DNA of 64,000 nucleotides from Ranitomeya imitator (lineage: Eukaryota): contig NC_091283.1 of assembly GCF_032444005.1 (NCBI RefSeq), positions 62,744,001-62,808,000 of the forward strand. The letters are read 5' to 3'. A program made the translations under genes and the position numbers. This document shows, piece by piece, positions 21,698 to 33,428 of the stretch; within the stretch, counting starts at the first letter, position 1, and each line of letters begins with the position of its first letter. Under the pieces are notes generated by a model that was not told the DNA's origin, searched no databases, and worked only from the letters and a program-made list of their open reading frames with translations.

Positions 21698-22653
21698 TGT
21701 TAGGACTGGCGGAACGCACCAAGACAGATGGTATAGATGCGTTCGCAGTCCGGGGTCCACCGTGCAGGTGAAAACCTGCTGCTAGCAATTAGCAGACTAT
21801 ATGGCGGTACACTAGAGTATACACGCGTGGGTTAACCTCACCCAGTGTGAAAGAAGCAATCCTGTTAAGGCACAGGACCGCGGTACCGCACCTAAAGCGC
21901 GAGCAAGTAGTCAGCGAACTCAACCCCAACTGTGATTGAAGTCCGATTAGACCCTTGCTGGCGCAACACCGCAACTGGGTGTGAAATGAAACAGAAGAGC
22001 ATGCAGTGCCGCACTGACGAACGGCACTAACCACCCAGGCTTGGGTAAGGAAAGCACAGAGGAAGTGCACGGCGCCGTACTGGCGGTCACAGCAACTGGA
22101 CGCTATAATGTGTGACTAGTGCTGTAGGATAAGTCGGGCGCTAGGTAGCAGCCATACACCTTCCGCGAACAGTCATACTATAGGGTAGGGGTATCCAAGG
22201 ATGACTTGCACTCACAACATACACACATTAGCAATTGTTTGACAATACTAGCGCATGGCCGTGCGGTCATGCGCAGTTTATATAGCAGCAGCACAGGAAG
22301 TGGCCACAGCACTTTTGCCCTTCTAGGACCTGCCAAGAGGACCAATGGAATGTGCTGCAGAGCCTGAGCACATGACCCTCGATCTCCAACGGAAGACCTT
22401 ACGCTGGGCATGCTCAGTACGTGCAGACAAGGACTTAGTCCCAGAGAAGTCCGCTCGCTGCTGACCAGCACAGACTTTAATAGCAGAGACTGGAGAAGCA
22501 GCAGTAACTCTCAGAACAGAGTGAGAATGAGCAAGACGCTGGGACCGACGTCCTTGCTGAGCAGACTCCACTGCGGCTGGACAAGAATGGGAGACCGCAG
22601 CGGAGGTGGCTCGAGATTCCCCCTGTGCAGAAGTGGGAACTCGACCCCTAACA
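21698..22653 (-). repeat. 3' LTR of chromovirus B
   Basis: TG...CA ends, adjacent to the PPT. About 9 substitutions versus 26810-27765 by manual comparison. Confidence 0.95.
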
Positions 22654-25600
22654 TTACCCCCCCTCCTTGGGCCTCGCTACGTTCGAAGGCAGCAATGAGC
22701 TGCGGAGCCCGAATGTGCTCAGCAGGCTCCCAGGACCTATCCTCAGGGCCGTAACCCTTCCAGTCCACCCAAAAAAAATTTTTGCCACGTACCACCTTGC
22801 ACCCCAAGATAGCGTTCACCTCAAAATCGTCCGTAGACGAACCCGATGTCCCGGCAGATGACTCAGAAAACCGAGACATGTATACGGGCTTAAGGAGGGA
22901 CACATGAAAGGTGTCGGTGATACCAAGGCGTGGAGGAAGGGCCAGACGGTAGACCACAGGATTAACCTGTTCGAGGACCTTGAAGGGACCCAAGTAGCGA
23001 GGAGCAAATTTAGTGGACTCAAGTCGCAGCCTGATGTTACGGGCGGAGAGCCACACCAAGTCGCCAGGAGCAAAGGACGGGGCGGAGCGCCGATGAGCAT
23101 CGGCGGAGGACCTCATTCTCTCCTTAGAGGCCCGAATGGCATCCTGAGTGCGGTCCCAAATATCCCGTGCCTCCACAGTCCAGTCTGCCACCCTGGAGTC
23201 TGCGGAAGACACGGGCATAGGCACAGGTACCCGTGGATGCTGACCATAGTTGAGGAGGAATGGGGTTTGTCCAGTGGAGTCAGCTACGGCGTTGTTCAGC
23301 GCAAACTCTGCCCATGATAGCAAGGATGCCCAGTCATCCTGCCTGGCTGAAACAAAATGTCGCAGGTATGTGACCAAGGTCTGGTTGGCCCTCTCTACCA
23401 ACCCATTCGTCTCGGGATGATAAGCGGAAGAGAGATTCAACTCAATACTGAGAAGACGACACAGCTCTCTCCAGAACCGAGACGCAAACTGGGGACCCCG
23501 GTCACTGACAATTTTGTCAGGCATACCATGTAGGCGGAAGATGTGCTTAATGAACAACGCAGCCAGGGCACGTGCAGAAGGTAACCGTGGTAGCGGCACC
23601 AAATGCACCATTTTCGAGAAATGATCGGTGATGACCCAAATGATGGTATAGCCGCGAGACTTGGGCAAACCCACGACAAAGTCCATCCCGACCATCTCCC
23701 AGGGCCTATCTGCCACCGGCAAGGGATAGAGCAACCCAGCTGGCCTTTGACGCGGAGATTTATTTTTGGCGCAGGAGACACACGCCAGAATATAATCCCT
23801 GACATCCCGGACCATATGCGGCCACCAGTACATCCTCGCCAGTAGCTCAGATGTCCTCTTTGTCCCAAAGTGTCCACCCACTCTGGACGAATGAGCCCAA
23901 GAGAGAACCTCCGGTCGCAAATTAATGGGCACAAAAGTCTTGCCCGGAGGCACAGACTCAAGCGAAACTGGTGCTACGGTTCTCAGGCTCTCAGAGGGAA
24001 CAATAAGCCGAGGCTCCTCTTCCTCCTCTTCAGTTGACATAAGGGAGCGAGAGAGAGCATCAGCACGAATATTCTTCTACCCGGCGAGAAAATGAAGAGA
24101 AAAGTGGAACCGGGAAAAGAACAAGGACCATCTGGTTTGGCGAGAATTTAGCCGCTGGGCTGTCTGTAAGTAGACCAAATTTTTGTGGTCAGTGTAAACC
24201 TGGAAGGGAAACCGCGCACCTTCCAGAAGATGTCTCCACTCTGAAAAGGCCAACTTCATTGCTAGCAGCTCCCTATCCCCGATGGAGTAGTTTCTCTCCG
24301 CTGGCGAGAAAATCTTAGAGAAGAAGAAGCATGGATGCTTCCGACCTTGAGCATCCTTCTGGTAGAGGACTGCTCCAGCACCAACGGACGAGGCATCCAC
24401 CTCCATTAGGAATGGCTTATCCACATCGGGACGATGTAAGATGGGAGCGCTAGCAAAGTGGGACTTAATAGAAGTGAAGGCCTTGGAGACCTCTTCCGAC
24501 CACAATTTAGGATTCGCTCCCTTCTTGGTGAGGGCTACCAAGGGAGCTACCAGAGTTGAGAAGTGGGGAATGAACTGGCGGTAATAGTTAATGAACCCCA
24601 TAAAGCGCTGCACTGCTTTAAGAGAATGGGGCTCTTGCCAGTCCATCACAGCCTGTAGTTTGGCAGGATCCATAGCCAATCCCTGGGCGGAGATGATATA
24701 GCCCAGGAACGGCAAAGACTCCTGCTCAAACATACACTTCTCCAACTTAGCGTAAAGAGAGTTTGCCCGTAGGAGGTCGAAGACTCTGCCAACATCTTTC
24801 CGGTGGGAGTCAATATCTGGAGAAAAGATGAGAATATCATCCAGATAGACTAAAACTGAGGTGGAAAGCATATCCCGGAAGATGTCGTTGACAAAGTCTT
24901 GAAAAACGGCTGGGGCATAACAGAGCCCGAAGGGCATCACCAGATACTCATAGTGCCCATCTCTGGTGTTAAACGCCGTTTTCCATTCGTCCCTCTCACG
25001 GATGCGAATCAGGTTGTAAGCACCCCGCAGATCTAATTTAGTAAATACCCTTGCTCCCCGAAGCCTATCGAAGAGCTCAGATATCAAGGGCAAAGGATAC
25101 TTGTTCTTAACGGTGATTGCGTTAAGACCCCTGTAGTCTATGCATGGACGTAGCTCCCCAATCTTCTTCTGCACGAAGAAGAACCCTGCCCAAGCAGGTG
25201 ACACTGACTTCCTGATAAACCCTCTTGCCAGATTCTCTTGAATGTACTGAGACATGGCCTCCGTCTCCGGGAGAGATAATGGATAAACTCGACCCCGGGG
25301 AGGTTCCGCACCAGGCAAGAGATCGATAGGACAGTCATAGGGGCGATGGGGCGGAAGGGTCTCCGCTGCCTTCTTGGAGAACACGTCTGCGTAAGACCAA
25401 TATTGCTTGGGGAGAGAGGATAGATCTGCGGGTACCTCAGTAGTAGCAACCTGAACGCACTCTCGGTGACACCTACCCCCACATGATTCACCCCATCCCA
25501 GAATTCTGCCTGAGGACCACTCGATGTGAGGAGAGTGGTACCGTAGCCAAGGTATCCCCAACAGGACCTCATCAATACCCTCAGGAATGACGAGCAGAGA

Positions 25601-26779
25601 AATAATCTCCTGATGGGATGGCGACAGGGACAGAGTAACAGGGATAGTCTGATGTGTTATCTGTGCGGGGAGTGTCGACCCATTCACCACTCGTACCGTT
25701 ACTGGTTGAGATAGCATAACCAGGGGTATTGCGTGACGTTGGGCGAAGGCAGAAGACATAAAATTGCCCTCCGCCCCAGAATCCACGCAGAGGTCTACCG
25801 AGTGGGAGGATGAGCCAAAGGTAATTGTCCCCTTAAAGGACAATTTGGAGGCAAACGTCGCAGTGTCTAGTGCACCTCCACCTACTACCACTAGACGCTG
25901 ACGTTTCCTCGACCGCTGATGACATCTGGTGGCAAGATGTCCTGACTGTTGGCAAACATGGCAACCCTGGAGTGCACGAGCGGTCTGGGACTTAGATCCC
26001 GCTCGTGACACCACCTTAGGTTCCTGGAACTCAGGAGCCTGGACTGGAGATTCCAAAGGTTTGGCGAAGGTGGGAGCCAGCCGAAACCTCTGCCTACACT
26101 GGGCTCGCTCTAACCTCCGCTCGTGAAAACGGAGGTCAATGCGAGTAGATACTGCTATTAACTCCTCCAGTGTGGCGGGAATCTCCCTAGTGGCCAGAGC
26201 ATCCTTAACGTGGTCAGCCAGCCCCCTCCAAAATATAGGGATAAGGGCTTTATCCGACCACTCCAGCTCAGATGCCAGAGTGCGGAAATGGACGGCAAAA
26301 AGGCTGACCAAGGACGAGCCCTGAGTCAGTGCCAACAGTTGGAGCGCCGTGTCATGGGTGACACGAGGTCCTAGAAAGACCTGTTTCAGAGTGCTCAGGA
26401 ATAACGGAGCACTCTGCACCACATGATCGCCACGCTCCCACAGCGGCGTAGCCCACTGCAACGCCCTGTCCGACAATAAGGAAATTATAAAGCCCACCTT
26501 AGCCCGCTCTGTAGGGAAACGAGAGGCCAGAAGCTCGAGATGTATTGAGCACTGACTCACGAAACCCCTACAGGACTTACTGTCACCAGAAAATTTCCCT
26601 GGTAGCGGGAGGCAAGATAGCGTCGGTACAGGAGCGGCAGTGGACAAGGTAGCTGCAGCCACACTTGCAGCCTGAACAGCGACAGCAGTAACATCCACAG
26701 CTGAGGTTGAACGCTCAAGAGCCGCCAACCTTCCCTCCAGCTGCTGGATGTACCGCTGTAAACGCTGGTCGTCCGCCAT
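22511..26779 (-). pseudogene. Chromovirus B gag-pol with one in-frame TAG (24077-24079)
   Basis: Gag with CHVCQQSGHLATRC knuckle, VDSGA protease, YLDD RT and RNase H. HFLAG*KNIRADALSRS continues in frame into the HHCC/DDE integrase, GPF motif and chromodomain (WVDWKGYGPEDRSW). Confidence 0.92.
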
Positions 26780-26797
26780 TTTACTAGCCAGACCCTG

Positions 26798-26808
26798 GCG
26801 CTAGTATT
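26798..26808 (-). promoter_or_regulatory. Self-priming-type primer binding site of chromovirus B (AATACTAGCGC)
   Basis: Lies 1 nt after the 5' LTR, lacks the TGG of a tRNA PBS, and is an 11/11 complement of LTR sequence 27356-27366. Confidence 0.8.
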
Positions 26809-26809
26809 A

Positions 26810-27765
26810 TCTTAGGACTGGCGGAACGCACCAAGACAGATGGTATAGATGCGTTCGCAGTCCGGGGTCCACCGTGCAGGTGAAAACCTGCTGCTAGCAA
26901 TTAGCAGACTATATGGCGGTACACTAGAGTATACACGCGTGGGTTAACCTCACCCAGCGTGAAAGAAGCAATCCTGTTAAGGCACAGGACCGCGGTACCG
27001 CACCTAAAGCGCGAGCAAGTAGTCAGCGAACTCAACCCCAACTGGGATTGAAGTCCGATTAGACCCTTGCTGGCGCAACACCGCAACTGGGTGTGAAATG
27101 AAACAGAAGAGCATGCAGTGCCGCACTGACGAACGCCACTAACCACCCAGGCTTGGGTAAGGAAAGCACAGAGGAAGTGCACGGCGCCGTACTGGCGTTC
27201 ACAGCAACTGGACGCTATAATGTGTGACTAGTGCTGTAGGATAAGTCGGGCGCTAGGTAGCAGCCATACACCTTCCGCGAACAGTCATACTATAGGGTAG
27301 GGGTATCCAAGGACGACTTGCACTCACAACATACACACATTAGCAATTGTTTGACAATACTAGCGCATGGCCGTGCGGTCATGCGCAGTTTATATAGCAG
27401 CAGCACAGGAAGTGGCCACAGCACTTTTGCCCTTCTAGGACCTGCCAAGAGGACCAATGGAATGTGCTGCAGAGCCTGAGCACATGACCCTCGATCTCCA
27501 ACGGAAGACCTTACGCTGGGCATGCTCAGTACGTGCAGACAAGGACTTAGTCCCAGAGAAGTCCGCTCGCTGCTGACCAGCACAGACTTTAATAGCAGAG
27601 ACTGGAGAAGCAGCAGTAACTCTCAGAACAGAGTGAGAATGAGCAAGACGCTGGGACCGACGTCCTTGCTGAGCAGACTCCACTGCGGCTGGACAAGAAT
27701 GGGAGACCGCAGCGGAGATGGCTCGAGATTCCCCCTGTGCAGAAGCGGGAACTCGATCCCTAACA
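26810..27765 (-). repeat. 5' LTR of chromovirus B (TATATAAA at 27396-27389)
   Basis: Direct repeat of 21698-22653. The inner terminal CA is mutated to GA (26811). Confidence 0.95.
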
Positions 27766-29942
27766 AACGTCTTGTTACTTTTGTAGCATGAGGATAAGAA
27801 GCCTTGTGGACATTATGTGGGTGAGCATTGTGAGGGGTGTTTGGATATGCTTTGAGAGTTATTAAAAGTGACAATAGCCAACCATTGGGCAGTCGAGTAG
27901 TCAGTAGAAGAGTTCCCTACATTTGTCAATATGAGGTCTATTGGGTTAGTAAGTTAGAGATAAGAATGTCATGCCATTATGGAGAACCTGCAACAGATTC
28001 TAGGGGAAAGCAATATTGCAACGCTAGTACTGTATGGTCCACAAAGCACAACTGAACAATGCAGTCCAGTCTCAGATACAATACTGGACAAAATACCAGG
28101 TACACATTTGAAAAGTATTGAACATTGCCCTTACCATTGATTTGGACCCCAAATTCTAACGATAGGTTCTCCCCCACCCAAGAGGTAAGGGACTGGTGTT
28201 TGTTCCCCCCTCTATTGAAGACTCCCATGTGCCAGCTATAACACAATCACACCTTCAAGTTCCCTAAGGGGACTAAAAAAAGTAAAGTCAAAGAAAAATG
28301 TTTGCAAAAAATGAAAAAAAAACCATAAAAAATCGAATCATCTAAAAAAAAAGATGATTTTGAATGTTTATTGTCATCTGTATGCCAGCTATATGTCCGT
28401 TTGTTACATCTGTTTGACATTCGTACAGCATCCGTTTTTATATATCAGCATTTAATAAAAATTACAAGGCCGGATGCAATCTTCTATGTTTGTCTCATCC
28501 AATATATGGAAGAAACTAGTGCATGCACTGATTTTTTTTCACGAGGGTCATCGTTACGTGTAAAAAAAAATGGCCAATAGAACAGCTATATTAAATAGCA
28601 CTGGTCCAAGTGCTTTCCATGTGATACAAGCATGAGAAGAGAAAAAGAAATGCAGCACTCACCCGTAGTCTTCAAATCATAAGGTGTCCTTTATTTAGCA
28701 TACCAAGCCATTACGGACGTGTCACGGCGTAGGCAGAGATGCAGAGGGGAGCGGGAGTGAGGGGAGACGAAACAGACGACGGCCGTTTTGCGCGAAGGCG
28801 CTTCTACGGGTCCATGCAAAGCACCGCCCAAGCTTCTGTGGAAACGAAGTCCGCCCAGCCTGTTGTGAATTACATGTGCAGTTGATTTCAACATTGACAG
28901 CTATTTTCAGTGCCGGTCATTTCTGTACTTTCCATGTGATATCAGATTTTTCATGGACACCACTCGGACCAAAAATAAAGTTGTGTGAATGTAGCCATAA
29001 AGTTACTGATTGCTTGGATGGAATTTTTACTTCTGAAATTCTGTTTGACCCCACATTATGCTGCCAAGCTGATCTATCTGCACTATATTAGTACCACCTA
29101 ATAAGTTTACCTTGGATATTTAGAGTTCCCTGCTTAATGCTAGAATGTTAGTAGATAAATACTGGTTTTTGGATGGAGGTTTTTCCCAGTTTTTAGGGGA
29201 GTTTCACTAGTGGGTGCAGGGGTTGAAGTCACACATTTGGCCCTGGACCCAGGGGGACTCCAATGGTCTCATAGGCCCTTTTGAAAAGGCTAATACTACT
29301 AAAGACCTGTAATAGTTGGGCCCATGTTTGAGATTTTGCATTGAGGTCCACAAGCTTCAAAGTACACTGGTCCCTTCAGTAACACAATGGTAAAGGAGAT
29401 TGTTGTGCTTCCCTATAAGTATTTATTAGAGATGAGCAGTCTCTGTTCAAGGCCAATTTTTTTGCTTAAATTTCACAAAACTTCTAATTCTCACGTATTT
29501 GTATTTTGACTTTTTGTTGTGATTTGCTGAATTATAGCAAGCAAAATACTGAAAAAAGCCTCACCTCACTTCTTCCGGTGCTGTGCACCTCTTCTTGCAT
29601 CCTAAGATCACGAAGTGTACAGATGCGATCTACTCGGCACCAGAAGCCTGTCACCCAAGGATGATTACAGAAGAAGATGCGAGAGCAGGTACGGAGCACT
29701 GGATGGTGCTTTTTATTTAATTCATATGAACCATTTCAAAGAATGTGGGAGCAAATTTTTTAATTTTTCAAATGGAATGCACCAGAATTCTTGCACAATT
29801 GGCACCAAAGAAGTATCTTTGATGACTTGCACCACTTTTATTACGCGTTTTTGAAGCTTTCTATGCCTTGTCCGACATATGAAGTAGCCTTGATGTAAAG
29901 GGCATAGCTTAGCAAAAAGGACATAATAAAAATAATTTTTGT

Positions 29943-30525
29943 TTCTATAACATATTCCGCAGCACTTTACAATTCAGAGGTAACGTGTGCAAACAAGATA
30001 AAGCATTACATATAGTTCAATGCAAAGAGGAGTGAGGGTCCGGCTCACACGCTTACAATCTACGAGGAAATAAGGGAGACACGAAAAGTTAAAATAAAGT
30101 GCAAGTCATGTAAGGTGCGGCCATTAATATGATAAATATGGCTGAGTTAAATAACGCTCCGTGAGTCGGTTAATAGCCAGTTTCTGTACAAGTAGACATT
30201 TAAAGTGCTACTGAGAGTGTGGAAATTAGAGCAGAGGATAGTTTGCTAGATTAGTTAGGTGAGATGAAAGGCAAGTCCAAAAAAATATATTTTTTGGGGA
30301 TGCTTGAAACTGTGGATACTGGGAATTCCTAGATCATCTGGGGTAGTACATTCCGGAAAACTGGTGCAGCACAAAAGAAGTTCTGCAGATGGGATTGGGA
30401 GGTTGGGATTATAGAGTATTTTAGGTTTAGGTCATTAGCGGAATGGAGAGGATGGGTTGGGTGGTAGACAGAGATGAGGGAGAAGATGTAGGGCAGTGCA
30501 GAAATGTGGAAAACTTTGTGTATAA
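29943..30525 (-). mobile_element. L2-clade LINE 3' fragment, degenerate
   Basis: Tail AACATATTCCGCAGCACTTTAC as in the L2 at 61243. Minus frame reads IHKVFHISALPYIFSLISVYHPTHPLHSANDL (L2 ORF2 C-terminus). Confidence 0.7.
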
Positions 30526-30723
30526 GGGCAGAGACAGACTGCCGTATTTCTCGTACGAGAATCGCATCGTAAACCTCGAACTGGCTGTCGGCTCTCCTTA
30601 TCTGAGCTCGAAAGCTACATAGAAATACATCATACTGTCTTGCTCAGGTCAGGAGAGGTGCCAGGCCAGTCCTTGCAGTGCGATGTGATTTTTGCACGAG
30701 AAATACAGCAGTCTGTCTCTGCC
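30526..30723. mobile_element. Harbinger-like MITE (about 200 bp)
   Basis: Terminal inverted repeats GGCAGAGACAGACTGCCGTATTTCTCG / CGAGAAATACAGCAGTCTGTCTCTGCC, with TAA/TTA flanks. Confidence 0.7.
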
Positions 30724-31830
30724 TTAAGAGTTATGCTACACAATGTGCCCAAAATACATTTGTGGCCTAGGTTTCTAGCGCAAAGTACACTAAAGGCAAG
30801 TTATATTTGAATGGTGTATATATTTTAATTTATTGTAATTCCACCAGTCGAAATAATTACCATATTACTAAAAAATAATAAATTCGCTAAATTTCACATG
30901 TGATTTTAAGGACTGGTTGCAAACTATGAGACAATAACTGAGACATTCAGGACAGCGGTTGTCACTGTTAATGCTCTTGCATGGCTGAACTACATTTACT
31001 ACAAGCATTCCCATAGTGCATGTTTGCCTTGTGCTTATTATTGATCTTCATCTCTAATAAAATTAGGTGTTTGTGTTTTCCACTATCTTTATTTGCCGCC
31101 TAAATGGAATTGCACCAGTAAGTAAACTTCAGACATCACAGCGAGCAGCTTCAAGAAAAGAAAAATCATTGTTGAACATACCCAGAGGGGGTGCTGCATG
31201 GAGGCCCGGGATCTCTTAACATTACACTTTCACATGTAACTCCCTCTGGTGTCAGCGGACACTTAAGATTTATTTTACCTTTCTGAAACCTCCATACTTT
31301 TGTAGCTGGGGCTGTGCCAGTTATCTGATACTTTTATAAGTTCGACTTTTTTTACTATGTTTAGACATTATTTCTTTTTTTTTTGTCTATAGAAAATTTA
31401 CCCCCAGTCATACAAATATTTACCATCATGAGGTTCTATCAATCAAATAATCTACATTTATGCCAAAAAAAAGCTTAGTGAGAATTTTCTTGTTTTTTTT
31501 TATATTTATTTTATTTTATCGTTCTTCTTTAAAATTATGTACAGAATTGCTTAGTTCTATTAAAAAAATTGGAAACATATTTTAGGGGAAAATATTATGG
31601 CCTGAAAGTAATTCTAATTAAAGTAAAAATACGGTACTCATTTCACGATCATTGTTGAATAAAATTGAGACTTTTTTTCATGTAAAATGGAGCGGTTTAT
31701 GGTGGACGAACTTGTCTAACCTGTCAATACTCGGAGGTAGGATCTTATAAGGAAGCCGTAACCCCTTATTCCTGGTATTGGCATCTGACTTGCCTTCCTG
31801 TCTGGTGATGATGAGGACCATGTCTTCCTT

Positions 31831-32109
31831 TCTTCTTCTTCTTTTATTTTTTTATATAGCGCTAACATATTCCGCAGCGCTTTACAGGTTGCACACATTA
31901 TCATCGCTGTCCCCGATGGGGCTCACAATCTAAATTCCCTATCAGTATGTCTTTGGAATGTGGGAGGAAACCGGAGTACCCGGAGGAAACCCACGCAAAC
32001 ACGGAGAGAACATACAAACTCTTTGCAGATGTTGTCCAGGGTGGGATTAGAACCCAGGACTCCAGCGCTGCAAGGCTGCTGTGCTAACCACTGCGCCACC
32101 GTGCTGCCC
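31831..32109 (-). mobile_element. tRNA-derived V-SINE with L2-type 3' tail
   Basis: A box TGGCGCAGTGG and B box GGTTCTAATCC; V-domain GTTCTCTCCGTGTTTGCGTGGGTTTCCTCCGGGTACTCCGGTTTCCTCCCAC; tail TGTAAAGCGCTGCGGAATATGTTAGCGCTATATAAA plus (GAA)n. Confidence 0.85.
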
Positions 32110-32597
32110 ATGTGGTCCCTTTTGCTTCTACTTCCTTTTTGCTATATGGGAATTAATGTGGATTAGAATGATGAGGGAGCCCACTCTTTGATGGGGAAGC
32201 CGACCACCAATAGTCAGAGAAGACTGAACATATCCCACTGACCAGCGTACCATCAGAATGCCTAACACGGTGATTCCTCAACGTGTCTACAACCTTTTGT
32301 AATGCATTACAGATGAGTATCAAGATTTAAAATTCCAAATGTAGGCATGATAATTTTTTTTTGTAAGAAATCCATAAATGTTGCCACTAATGATCCAATA
32401 CTGAGGCTACAACGTAAAGTGGAAACTCGCTTAATTCCCTTGGACTGAGAGTATTGGTAAACCGCTTTTAGTACAAATTTTCCCTGGAAGTCCTGTTTGC
32501 TAAAAGCTGAGCAAAGAATGTCCTCTATTAATCTGGTCACTGTCTATTATGCACCTGTTTTCACTCCAGTACCAGGCTCTGCTCTCTTCCTCTACAG

Positions 32598-32685
32598 CCG
32601 CTGCCCTTTGCTGTGCTCCACGCTGCCTTTCACAAGTTGCCCGACGAACTACAGTGACATCATCACCAAAGACCTTGAAACGTAT
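32598..32685 (+). CDS. Candidate exon of an unidentified host gene (88 bp)
   Basis: Acceptor GCTCTCTTCCTCTACAG, donor TAT|GTGAGT. Two frames are open; RCPLLCSTLPFTSCPTNYSDIITKDLETY is phase-compatible with exon 20467-20601. Confidence 0.4.
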
Positions 32686-33428
32686 GTGAGTCTTAATATT
32701 AAGTATCTTTTTGCTAAATTACCTTGTGCTTTGAAGATTACCTTCCCTCTTATTTTAGGTGGCAATCATCTCAGCAATGTCTGGTTTGTTTTTACAATCT
32801 GGATTTACTTCCCGGTTTAGATCTGCAACTAATTATTCATCTGTTGTAAGCATAACAAATTTATCTCTGGACTTGTTCACACTACAGGACTGCTCTATCA
32901 GAGCACATCGTTTCCATAAACACGTTTTTCTGTTCACCTTGGCTTTTAGTGACCACTTATCCACTTATTTGTTTGCTGATTAACCCTTTGCCTGCACTAG
33001 GAATAACAAACAGTTCCTGTGTGTGTCACTCCTGCCTCATCTCTTCTGATGTTCACTGCTCTGCTTGTCTGTGGCCATCCAGTATACCCCGCTGTCATGG
33101 TTTTTGCATTTCCACATGCCAACCGGCAAGCCCTGCCACTGTGATGTCACCTTTGGTCCATATTGTCCTGACCTGTGGCTTGGAGAATCCACCTCTCCAG
33201 GTAAGCCGCCTTGTTGACTGTTAGGTCGGAGTCACACCACAGCGAGATACGGCCGAGTCTCGTAGGTTAAAAACAAGCTCTGGCGCCGGCATTCCGGAGC
33301 GGAGCGTGCAGCTCCATGTATTGCTGTGCGGCCGCACGGTCCGCTCTGGAGTGCCGGTGCCAGAGCTTGGCTGAGTAGATTACACAAGAAGGAAAACACA
33401 CAGCAAGTCAGCAGGATCTAGGAGCAAC

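Larger units (their letters stand above)
21698..27765 (-). mobile_element. Full-length Ty3/Gypsy chromovirus B (Tf1/sushi group)
   Basis: Two 956-bp LTRs, 5-bp TSD AACGT (21693-21697 and 27766-27770), PPT 22657-22668, single gag-pol frame. Confidence 0.97.

Noticed and set aside
21789-22754. ORFs duplicated at 21789/26901, 22178/27290 and 22323/27435, and at 50810/55813
   Set aside because: The duplication is simply the paired LTRs; there is no evidence of coding function.
24077-24079. Programmed read-through of the TAG between RNase H and integrase (also 53953-53955)
   Set aside because: The two stops lie at different positions, chromovirus A has sense codons at both, one replaces a conserved Trp, and no read-through context is present.
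31067-31117. Possible 51-bp exon (AG...CCA|GTAAGT)
   Set aside because: Weak acceptor, and it has a stop in the frame needed to link the two candidate exons.
32040-32109. tRNA gene
   Set aside because: The A and B boxes belong to the SINE head, there is no convincing cloverleaf, and it is followed by V-domain and LINE tail.
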